From: Lachnospiraceae bacterium
Lineage (GTDB): Bacteria; Bacillota; Clostridia; Lachnospirales; Lachnospiraceae
Length of the DNA stretch: 64,000 nucleotides
Direction: 5' to 3'
Assembly: GCA_021203465.1 (NCBI GenBank)
Contig: JAJQBC010000005.1
Location: 7,866-71,865, forward strand
Positions 8,392-17,200 of the stretch are shown piece after piece. Both the position numbers and the translations under genes were made by a program. The notes beneath the pieces are model-generated. The model saw nothing but the letters and a program-made list of their open reading frames with translations, did no database searches and was not told where the DNA came from. Positions within the stretch are counted from its first letter, which is position 1, and every line of letters begins with the position of its first letter.

Positions 8392-9813
8392 CTACTCTGC
8401 GCCCTTTCTGCCTAGAACCACCAGAATCGTCTTGCATATGATCCGGATGTCCAGAGCAAGCGACCAGTTGTCTATATACTCCAGATCCAGTTTTACCACC
8501 TCATCAAAATCCTTGATATCACTCCTGCCGCTCACCTGCCACAGCCCGGTGAGCCCGGGGCGAAAGCTGATCCGTCTGCGCTGCCAAGATTCGTACTGTC
8601 TGTACTCGTCCAGCGTCGGCGGTCTGGTGCCCACCAGACTCATATCACCCTTCAGCACATTCCAGAACTGCGGAAACTCGTCCAGACTGGTCTTTCTTAA
8701 AAATTTTCCAATCTTTGTGACGCGCGGATCATCCTCCATCTTGAACATCGGGCCGCTCATCTCATTCTGCGCCATCAGCTCCTGCTTGCGTGCCTCCGCG
8801 TCCACATACATGGAGCGAAATTTGTAGAACCAGAAAATTCTTCCGTTCTTGCCCACGCGCTCCTGTTTGAAGATCAACGGCCCGGGGGATTCCCTCAGGA
8901 TAAACGGAGCAATGAAGACAGCCAGCACCGCGGTAACTATCAGCCCCAGCAAAGCGCCCACGATATCCATCGCCCGCTTGAGCAGGATCATCCGATAGTC
9001 CAGCAGGTGACTGGAGAAGGCAACCACATTGTAGCCCTCCAACTGATAAATCCTTTTTTCTCCGCTGGATCCGAGGTCAAACAGGTCCAGATTCAGATTC
9101 ACCACAAGACCCATCTTTTCAAACTCCAGAATCATCTTTTTCAGCGTTATCTCATGCTGCTGGATCGAGGATACCTGAATAAAGACCTCGTCCACCACCA
9201 GCTTCGACGCAAAGTCAAGATAATTCTCTTCCCTGCGGGCCACCGGAATGTCCATGAAGCTCTCCATATCATCCTGAGAATCCAGCAGTATAATTCCGGA
9301 TATCGCCCACGCCGTCTCCTTCGATCTTCGGAAACTCTCCACGACCGCCTGAATCCGCTCGCGGTCACTGATAATCAGAATGTCCTCCTGTTTCTGCACG
9401 TTGATACGGAAAAGTCTTTTGCGGTTGCGAACCGCAAGGTGGACAAGCCACATCAGAGGCACATCGATGCAGAAAAAGCAAATCGCCATCAGTCTGGATA
9501 TCATAAAATCTGTCTTGATGACAAAGCTGAAAAAGATCATACAGACGGCGACAACCGCGCTGTGTTTGATACAGACTATCAACTCACGGTATCTCCCCCG
9601 CCGGAAGAAACTATCCGGCACCTTCAGGAAATAAAAGACGGTGATATGGATCAGCACAGCAGACACGCAGGCCATGTGAATATTGTCAGTTCTTCTCCAG
9701 CTCGCGATACTGCCATAACGAATCAGACCTGACAGAATCAGGCTGGCCAGAATAATAACCCCGTCTGCCACGCATAAACCCATCTCAAATATCTGATTTT
9801 TCTTTCGATACAT
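8392..9813 (-). CDS. polyprenyl-phosphate glycosylphosphotransferase (priming transferase, WbaP/EpsL-like)
   Basis: N-terminal TM bundle, then a C-terminal bacterial sugar-transferase domain: KRAMDIVGALLGLIV, PGPLIFKQERVGKNGRIFWFYKFRSM, DEFPQFWNVLKGDMSLVGTRPP. Confidence 0.9.
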   Translation of the reverse strand: MYRKKNQIFEMGLCVADGVIILASLILSGLIRYGSIASWRRTDNIHMACVSAVLIHITVFYFLKVPDSFFRRGRYRELIVCIKHSAVVAVCMIFFSFVIKTDFMISRLMAICFFCIDVPLMWLVHLAVRNRKRLFRINVQKQEDILIISDRERIQAVVESFRRSKETAWAISGIILLDSQDDMESFMDIPVARREENYLDFASKLVVDEVFIQVSSIQQHEITLKKMILEFEKMGLVVNLNLDLFDLGSSGEKRIYQLEGYNVVAFSSHLLDYRMILLKRAMDIVGALLGLIVTAVLAVFIAPFILRESPGPLIFKQERVGKNGRIFWFYKFRSMYVDAEARKQELMAQNEMSGPMFKMEDDPRVTKIGKFLRKTSLDEFPQFWNVLKGDMSLVGTRPPTLDEYRQYESWQRRRISFRPGLTGLWQVSGRSDIKDFDEVVKLDLEYIDNWSLALDIRIICKTILVVLGRKGAE

Positions 9814-9840
9814 ATCAGCCTCTGGCTTTCAGCAGTATTT

Positions 9841-11088
9841 TTAATCTCTCTGGAAGATATCTCTCGTGTATACTTTTCCCCGCACATCGTCCAGCTCCGT
9901 ACCATAACGATTTGCTATGATCGCGTCGCACATATCCTTGAAACGCCGGATGTCATTGACGACAAGGCTGCCGAAGAAACGGCTGCCGTCCTCGAGCGTC
10001 GGCTCGTAGATCACGACCTCCGCGCCCTTCGCCTTGATGCGCTTCATGACTCCCTGAATCGAGCTCTGGCGGAAATTGTCGCTGTTCGCCTTCATTGTCA
10101 AGCGATAGACGCCGACACACACCTGCCTGCCCGGCAGGCCATTTCGCCCGTTCCCTTCGTCAAAGTAGCCGGCCTTCTCCAGCACCCGGGTCGCAATGTA
10201 GTCCTTTCTGGTGCGGTTCGCGTCCACAATCGCCTGAATCAGGTTCTCCGGCACATCCTCGTAATTCGCGAGGAGCTGCTTCGTGTCCTTGGGCAGGCAG
10301 TAACCGCCGTAGCCGAAGGAGGGATTGTTGTAATGCGTACCGATCCGCGGATCGAGGCACACACCGTTGATAATGTCCCGTGTATTCAGCCCGCGCATCT
10401 CCGCATAAGTGTCCAGCTCATTGAAATAGGATACGCGCAACGCAAGATAGGTATTGGCAAAGAGCTTCACCGCCTCGGCCTCGGTCGGCGCCATAAAGAG
10501 GGTCGGGATATCCTCCTTGAGCGCGCCCTCCTGCAGCAGCCCGGCAAAAGTCTGCGCCGCCTCCCTCAGGTCGTCGCGCCCCTCCGGCACGCCGACGATG
10601 ATACGCGAGGGATAGAGATTGTCATAGAGCGCCCTGCCTTCCCGCAGAAACTCCGGGGAAAACAGAAGATTTTCACAACCATATTTCTCATACATCTTTT
10701 CAGTGAATCCGACCGGAACCGTGGACTTCACGACCATGACCGCGTCGGAACGGCACTCCATGACCAGCCGAATCACCTGCTCCACCGAACTGGTGTCAAA
10801 ATAATTTTTGACCGGGTCGTAGTTCGTCGGTGTCGAGATGATCACATAATCCGCCTGACTGTAGGCCGCGCGCGCGTCGGTCGTCGCGCGAAGGTCAAGC
10901 TTCCCGGAGGCGAGGTATTCCTCGATCTCCTTGTCCACGATCGGTGACTTGCCCTGATTGATCAGATCAACCTTTTCCTGCAGAATATCCACCGCCCGCA
11001 CCGCATGGTGCTGCGCGAGCAGCGCCGCGTTCGACAGGCCCACATAGCCGGTGCCCGCGATCACGATATTGTACTTTTCTTTCTTCAT
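9841..11088 (-). CDS. ugd: UDP-glucose 6-dehydrogenase
   Basis: Rossmann motif [12 protein letters not shown] and the catalytic-Cys motif [12 protein letters not shown] place the start at MKKEKYNIV (ATG 11088) rather than the ORF-track 11112. Confidence 0.9.
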   Translation of the reverse strand: MKKEKYNIVIAGTGYVGLSNAALLAQHHAVRAVDILQEKVDLINQGKSPIVDKEIEEYLASGKLDLRATTDARAAYSQADYVIISTPTNYDPVKNYFDTSSVEQVIRLVMECRSDAVMVVKSTVPVGFTEKMYEKYGCENLLFSPEFLREGRALYDNLYPSRIIVGVPEGRDDLREAAQTFAGLLQEGALKEDIPTLFMAPTEAEAVKLFANTYLALRVSYFNELDTYAEMRGLNTRDIINGVCLDPRIGTHYNNPSFGYGGYCLPKDTKQLLANYEDVPENLIQAIVDANRTRKDYIATRVLEKAGYFDEGNGRNGLPGRQVCVGVYRLTMKANSDNFRQSSIQGVMKRIKAKGAEVVIYEPTLEDGSRFFGSLVVNDIRRFKDMCDAIIANRYGTELDDVRGKVYTRDIFQRD

Positions 11089-11339
11089 AATATTGTCTCT
11101 CCTGCTACTCATGGCACTATTCTACTATCAAAAGGCCATGGATGCAAGCAAAAATCCGCCCGCCGACACATGCGGCGGACGGATTCGTCAAGGGGAGGAT
11201 AAGTATTTCATTTCTCTTCGGTACAGTTACAGTATACCCACCGACGGGAAAACTATACAGAAAGATGAAAATTTTATGTTGCGAAATTTTTCTCAAAAAT
11301 ACTTGTTATGTAGTTTTTGTTACTATATAATGTTAGCAA

Positions 11340-11422
11340 CAGTTCAGAACGGCGTCGAAATGACGCGTAAGCGGCATATAGCCTTCGAAGAAGGCGGTCT
11401 CAAGGCCTGCTGTTCTGAACAG
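11340..11422 (+). repeat. copy 1 of an approximately 65-nt structured intergenic repeat (R element)
   Basis: Core ATGACGCGTAAGCGGCATATAGCCTTCGAAGAAGGCGGTCTCAAGGCCTGCTGTTCTGAACAG. Near-identical cores occur at 26475-26554 (opposite strand) and 45705-45765. It contains the GCCTTC-GAA-GAAGGC hairpin. Confidence 0.8.
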
Positions 11423-11447
11423 TTTACACAGAAAGAAGGCATACAGT

Positions 11448-12050
11448 ATGACGATAGACACAAACGATATTTTGAACAGTATTCTCGAGAGTCTGGAGCA
11501 TATCGACTACATCCGACCCAGCGAGATCCCGAGTATTGACCTGTACATGGACCAAGTGACGACTTTCATGGAGGAAAATTTAAATCGCGCGAAGCGCTAC
11601 CCGGACGACAAGATCCTGACAAAGACCATGATCAACAACTACGCGAAGAACCGGCTGCTGCCCGCCCCCGTGAAGAAGAAGTACTCAAAGGAGCACATGC
11701 TGCTCCTCATCTACATCTACTATTACAAGTCCTTCCTGTCCATCGGGGACATCCAGAAGCTGCTGGAGCTGCTGACCTCGCGCTATTTCCATAATGAAGG
11801 CGAGCCGAACATGGAGTCCATCTATGAGGAAGTGTTCAGCCTCGAAAAGGGACAGATTGAACGGATGAAAGCCGATCTCATCGAGAGTTGGCGCATCTCC
11901 GGCGAGACCTTCCAGAATACGGACGAGGAGGACCGACAATTTCTCCAGACCTTCTCCTTTATCTGCATGTTGAGCTTCGACGTGTATGTCAAAAAGCAGG
12001 TGATCGAAAAACTGATCGATGAATTTTCAGCGGAGAATATAGATAAGTAA
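11448..12050 (+). CDS. DUF1836-like protein
   Basis: PSIDLYMDQVTTFMEENL...LTKTMINNYAKNRLLPAPVKKKYSKEHMLLLIYIYYYK matches my memory of the DUF1836 family. Confidence 0.65.
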   Translation: MTIDTNDILNSILESLEHIDYIRPSEIPSIDLYMDQVTTFMEENLNRAKRYPDDKILTKTMINNYAKNRLLPAPVKKKYSKEHMLLLIYIYYYKSFLSIGDIQKLLELLTSRYFHNEGEPNMESIYEEVFSLEKGQIERMKADLIESWRISGETFQNTDEEDRQFLQTFSFICMLSFDVYVKKQVIEKLIDEFSAENIDK

Positions 12051-12075
12051 AAAGAGCCTCACGGCTCTTTTTTCT
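12051..12075. terminator. bidirectional terminator hairpin between the DUF1836 gene and yerC
   Basis: AAAGAGCC-TCAC-GGCTCTTT followed by TTTTCT on the plus strand. It overlaps the yerC stop codon. Confidence 0.55.
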
Positions 12076-12358
12076 GCTCCATCCTCCGAAGCACCATATC
12101 ATAGGCGTCATTTCCATAATTCAACGAGCGGTTCACGCGACTGATCGTCGCCGTGGAGGCGCCGGTCTTCTCCGCGATCTCCAGATAGGTCTTCTTCTCA
12201 CGCAGAAGCCGCGCCACCTCAAAGCGCTGGGCGATGGACTGAATCTCGTTGATCGTACAGACGTCCTCGAAAAAGCCATAGCACTCTTCCAGACTTTCCA
12301 GACTGAGAATCGCCTGAAACAGTCCGTCGGTCATTTCATTTTTTATTTTCTTATTCAT
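12059..12358 (-). CDS. yerC: YerC/YecD (TrpR-like) family protein
   Basis: 99 aa containing CTINEIQSIAQRFEVARLL...YLEIAEKTGASTATISRVNRSLNYG. Confidence 0.8.
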   Translation of the reverse strand: MNKKIKNEMTDGLFQAILSLESLEECYGFFEDVCTINEIQSIAQRFEVARLLREKKTYLEIAEKTGASTATISRVNRSLNYGNDAYDMVLRRMEQKKEP

Positions 12359-12394
12359 ATCCGCCAGGCCCCCTTCCTGCGCGGCCCGAGGCCG

Positions 12395-13672
12395 CTATCT
12401 GCGGATGATATCGCTCCTGCCAGGCCCGTTGGAGACCATCGTGATCGGGAATCCGATCTGTTTTTCTATAAATTCTATGTAGTTCCGGCAGTTCTCCGGC
12501 AGATCCTCATATTTTTTAATCCCGCGAATCTCGCATTTCCAGCCGGGCAGCGTCTCATAGACCGGCTTCGCCTTCTCGAGCAGCGGCGTCGTCGGGAACT
12601 CCGTCGTCACCTTCCCGTCGATCTCGTAACCGACGCAGACCTTGAGCTCGTCGAGATAGCCGAGCACGTCCAACACCGTGAACGCCACATCCGTCGTGCC
12701 CTGCAGGCGGCAGCCATAACGGGAGGCCACGCAGTCAAACCAACCTACCCTGCGGGGGCGGCCCGTCGTCGCACCGTACTCACCGCCGTCGCCTCCGCGG
12801 CGCCGCAGCTCCTCCGCCTCGTCACCGAACAATTCGCTGACGAAGGCTCCCGCACCGACCGCACTGGAATAGGCCTTACAGACCGTGATCACCTGCTTAA
12901 TCTCATAGGGCGGAATGCCCGCGCCGATCGCGCCGTAGGCCGCCAGCGTGGACGAGGAAGTCACCATCGGGTAGATACCGTGATCCGGATCCTTCAGCGT
13001 GCCGAGCTGACCCTCCAGCAGAATATTTTTCCCATCTTTTATCGCCTGCCAGAGATACGAGGAGGCATCGCACACATAGGGAGCCACCATCTCCTTATAC
13101 TCCATCAGTTCCTGATAGATGTCGTCCTCCTTCAGCGTCGGCGCATGGTACAGATACTCGAGCAGCACATTTTTGCGCGCCAGCACGCTGCGGATGCGCT
13201 CTCGCAACGCCTCCTCCTCGAGCTGAAGGTCGCTCACCTGAAAGCCGATCTTCGCGTATTTATCCGAGTAGAAGGGCGCAATCCCGGACTTCGTGGAACC
13301 GAAGGATCTCCCTGCGAGCCGCTCCTCCTCGAGTTTGTCAAATAAAATATGGTAGGATATGACCATCTGCGCGCGATCCGAGATGAGAAGCCTCGGCTTC
13401 GGGACGCCGCGCTCGATGATGCCCTGCAGCTCCTGGAACAGCACCGGCACGTTCAGCGCCACGCCGTTGCCGATGATGCTCGTCGTGTGGCCGTAGAAGA
13501 TCCCGGACGGCAGGGTGTGCAGCGCAAATTTCCCGTAATCGTTGACAATCGTGTGTCCCGCGTTCGCGCCGCCCTGAAAGCGGACAATGATATCGGACTC
13601 TTGGCCGAGCATATCGGTGATCTTGCCCTTGCCCTCGTCGCCCCAGTTTGCGCCTACGATTGCTCTTACCAT
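12395..13672 (-). CDS. purA: adenylosuccinate synthetase
   Basis: MVRAIVGANWGDEGKGKITD P-loop and GTTGRPRRVGWFD. The ATG at 13672 is preceded by GGAGGAA. The ORF-track start at 13783 is an upstream extension. Confidence 0.95.
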   Translation of the reverse strand: MVRAIVGANWGDEGKGKITDMLGQESDIIVRFQGGANAGHTIVNDYGKFALHTLPSGIFYGHTTSIIGNGVALNVPVLFQELQGIIERGVPKPRLLISDRAQMVISYHILFDKLEEERLAGRSFGSTKSGIAPFYSDKYAKIGFQVSDLQLEEEALRERIRSVLARKNVLLEYLYHAPTLKEDDIYQELMEYKEMVAPYVCDASSYLWQAIKDGKNILLEGQLGTLKDPDHGIYPMVTSSSTLAAYGAIGAGIPPYEIKQVITVCKAYSSAVGAGAFVSELFGDEAEELRRRGGDGGEYGATTGRPRRVGWFDCVASRYGCRLQGTTDVAFTVLDVLGYLDELKVCVGYEIDGKVTTEFPTTPLLEKAKPVYETLPGWKCEIRGIKKYEDLPENCRNYIEFIEKQIGFPITMVSNGPGRSDIIRR

Positions 13673-13727
13673 ATCTTCGTTCCTCCATTTCGCGGCCTGC
13701 TCTTCCCTTTCCCGGCCGCACTCCCTC

Positions 13728-13756
13728 AGTATATTCCAAAATTCCCCTTTAGTAAA
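13728..13756 (-). promoter_or_regulatory. candidate purA promoter
   Basis: Minus strand reads TTTACT, a 17-nt spacer, then TATACT. It sits directly next to the base of hairpin element A. Confidence 0.4.
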
Positions 13757-13766
13757 GCGCTTTTCA

Positions 13767-14261
13767 CGCGGCCACCGCCGCAAAGCACCGGGTTTTGCAA
13801 ACGGGCGGGCAGGAGAGTGGCCTGTATGGCGAGAGCAGTCGCCACCTTCGGGATTTTCGTCATCTGCGGCTGCGAAACCCCGAATTGAGCCTCCGGGTCA
13901 AATGTCTCTCGTCAGACTGTCGAACGATAAGTCCTTTAGATGGACATCGAGGGCGATTTGTTACAGGAACTGTATATGGCCGGAAGCGACCAAAGACGGG
14001 TTCAAAACACTACAGAATTGTTTTGAACCCGTCATTCGAAAGGTCGCGAGGCCGTATGCGTAGTTCCTGTTAAAATCGCCATCTGGGAATCTAAAGGACT
14101 TATCGTGTGGCAGGCTGTGCTGAGACTTGCCCCGGAGGCTCATTGGTTTCTCGCTCGCAGATGATGAAAATCCATCGAAGCCGCCTCCAATGCTCTCGCC
14201 ATACAGGCCACTCCCCTACTCGCCCGATTCACAGGCTTAGCGCTTTGCGGCGATGGCCGCG
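13767..14261 (+). repeat. long rod-like imperfect palindrome, copy A (about 247-nt arms)
   Basis: Arm-to-arm complementarity can be traced by hand from the apex (GACGGGTTCAAAAC, an 11-nt loop, GTTTTGAACCCGTC at about 13996-14033) out to CGCGGCCACCGCC / GGCGATGGCCGCG. The central portion is about 90 percent identical to 44100-44470. Confidence 0.85.
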
Positions 14262-14266
14262 GGGCT

Positions 14267-17200
14267 TCACCCGAAATCGAAGATGGAAAGCTGGTCGGAT
14301 TCGGGTAGGCCCTCCAGCAGACCAAGGTCGCCCATCAGGTCGATGACGGTCTTGCTGAGCTTCGTGCGGCCTCGCAGGTCGTCGCGCGAGAGGAAGGGAC
14401 CCGCGGCGCGGCCCTCAACGAAGGCGTCCGCAGCCTTGTCGCCGAGGCCATCGATCGTGGAGAGCGAGGGCATCAGCTTCCCGTCGATGATACGGAATTT
14501 GCGCGCGTCGGCCTCGTAAATATCCAGCTTGTGGAACTCGTAGCCCCGCGCGTACATCTCGAGCACGCTCATCATGTCTTTGAGCGTATCCTTCTCCTTC
14601 TGCGTGAGATCGTCCTCCCGGCTCTTGTAGTCCTGAATATAGCGCTCCAGCCGCTCGCGCCCCTGGCACATGAGCTCGTAATTGAAGGCGCTGGCGCGGA
14701 TACTGAAGTAGGCCGCGTAATATTCGAGCGGGAAATTAATCTTGCACCAGGCGATGCGCCAGGCCATCATGACATAGGCCGCCGCGTGCGCCTTGGGGAA
14801 CATGTATTTGATCTTCTCGCAGGACCAGATATACCAGTCTGGCACGCCGTGCGCGATCATCTCTTCCTTCCACTCCGGCCAGGTGTCGCACTGCCCCTTC
14901 GCAACCTTGCCCTTACGGACCGCCTCCATGATCTTGAAGGACATCTCGCTGTCGAGCCCCTTGCTGATCAGATAGGTCATGATATCGTCACGCGTACAGA
15001 TCGCCGTGGAAATCGTCGCCTTGCCCTCCTGAATCAGGGTCTGCGCGTTGCCGAGCCACACGTCGGTGCCGTGGGCGAGTCCCGCGATGCGCACCAGGTC
15101 GGAGAAATGCGTCGGATGCGTGTCCACAAGCATCTGCATCGCGAACTCCGTGCCGAACTCCGGGATGCCAAGAGAACCGAGCGGCGTACCGCCAATGTCC
15201 TCCGGCCGGATGCCGAGCGCCTCCGTGCTCTGGAAAAGCGACATCACCTGCGGATCGTCGAGCGGGATCTCGCGGGCGTTGACGCCGGTTAAATCCTCCA
15301 GCATGCGGATCATCGTCGGATCATCGTGTCCGAGAATATCGAGCTTTAAGAGGTTGTGGTCGATCGAATGGTAGTCAAAGTGCGTCGTGATGATGTCGGT
15401 CGTCATGTCGTTCGCCGGATGCTGCACGGGTGTGAAGGAGTAAATGCTCTCGCCGAGCGGCAGCACGATGATGCCGCCCGGGTGCTGTCCGGTCGTCCGG
15501 CGCACGCCGACGCAGCCGTCGACAATGCGCTCGATCTCGCAGCGCCGCTTCGGTACGCCGCGCTCCTCGTAGTAGTTTTTGACATAACCGAAAGCGGTCT
15601 TATCCGCCAGCGTGCCGATCGTCCCGGCGCGGAAGGTCTGGCCGGTGCCGAAGATGACCTCCGTGTACTTGTGCGCGCGCGACTGATAATCGCCGGAGAA
15701 ATTCAGGTCGATATCGGGCTCCTTGTTGCCCTTGAAGCCGAGGAAGGTCTCGAAGGGAATGTCGAAGCCCTCTTTTTTCAGCTTTTCGCCGCAGCGCGGG
15801 CAGTTTTTGTCCGGCATGTCGCAGCCGGCCATGCCGGCGTATTTCTTCACCTCATCCGACTCGAAATCGCTGTAATGGCACTTTGGACAGATGTAGTGCG
15901 GACTTAAGGGGTTGACCTCGGTGATGCCCGCCATCGTCGCCACCAGCGAGGAGCCGACCGAGCCGCGCGAGCCGACGAGGTAGCCGTCCTCGTTTGACTT
16001 CCAGACGAGCTTCTGCGCGATGATGTACATGACAGCGAAGCCATTTCCGATGATGGAGCGCAGCTCACGCTCCAGGCGCTCGGTCACGATTTCCGGAAGC
16101 TCCTCGCCATAGATTTCATGTGCTTTCTTATAACAGATCTCACGCAGTGTCTTGTCGGAATCCGCGATGACCGGCGGACACTTGTCGGGGCGCACCGGCG
16201 AGAGGTGCTCGCACATCTCCGAGATCCGGTTTGTATTGGTAATGACGACTTCTTCCGCCTTTTCCCTGCCGAGGAATTCAAACTCCGCGAGCATCTCCTC
16301 CGTCGTGCGCAGATAGAGCGGCGCCTGCTGGTCCGCATCCGAAAAGCCCTTTCCGGCCATGATGATCCGGCGGTAGACCTCGTCCTCCGGGTCGATGAAG
16401 TGCACGTCACAGGTGGCGGCCACCGGCTTGTGAAACTCCTCGCCGAGCCGGACAATCGTGCGCACATTCTCGCGCAGATCCTCCTCGGAACTCACCGGGT
16501 TCTTCGAGTCGCGCAGCATGAAAGCGTTGTTCCCCAGCGGCTGAATCTCGAGATAGTCGTAGAATTCCACGATACGCGCGATCTCCTGCCGCGGCGCGCC
16601 TCGCAGGATCGCCTGATAGAGTTCTCCCGCCTCGCAGGCGGAGCCAACGATCAGGCCCTCGCGATATTTCTGAAGCTCACTCTTCGGAATGCGCGACCGC
16701 CTCGCAAAGTAATCGATATGCGACAGCGAGACCAGCCGGTAGAGATTCACACGACCGATATCGTTCTTCGCAAGAATAATCACATGGTAAGTCGGCAGCT
16801 TTTTGATCGCAGCCGCGTCCGCGCGCCCCAGCGCGTTCACATCATTCAGCGTGCGGGCGTCCCGCTCACGGAACATCTGCAGGAACTTCAGGAAGATTTC
16901 CGCCGTGCAGGCTGCGTCGTCGACCGCGCGATGGTGATGGTCGAGCGAAATATTCAACGCCTTCGCGACCGTATCCAGTTTGAATTTGTTTAATTTCGGC
17001 AACAGCACACGCGCCATCGCGACGGTGTCGCCGACTGTGAAATCCGTCGGGATATTCATGCGGCGGCAGTTCTCCTCGATAAAGCCCACATCGAACGAAG
17101 CGTTGTGCGCGATCAACACAGAGCCTTCGCAGAAGGCCAGAAAATTCGGCAAGATTTCCTCAATAGGCGGCGCGTCCGCCACCATCTCGTCACCGATGCC

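Noticed and set aside
13795-14073. Conserved basic peptide ORFs inside the long palindromes: 92 aa here and 82 aa at 44099-44347, sharing ...FRHLRLRNPELSLR...DGHRGRFVT...KRPKTGSKHYRIVLNPSF...
   Set aside because: The similarity is explained by about 90 percent nucleotide identity of the repeat. The differences between the copies are the compensatory stem changes rather than synonymous changes. I saw no RBS, and mirror ORFs appear on the other strand, as expected for any palindrome. Not called as genes, although translation cannot be formally excluded.
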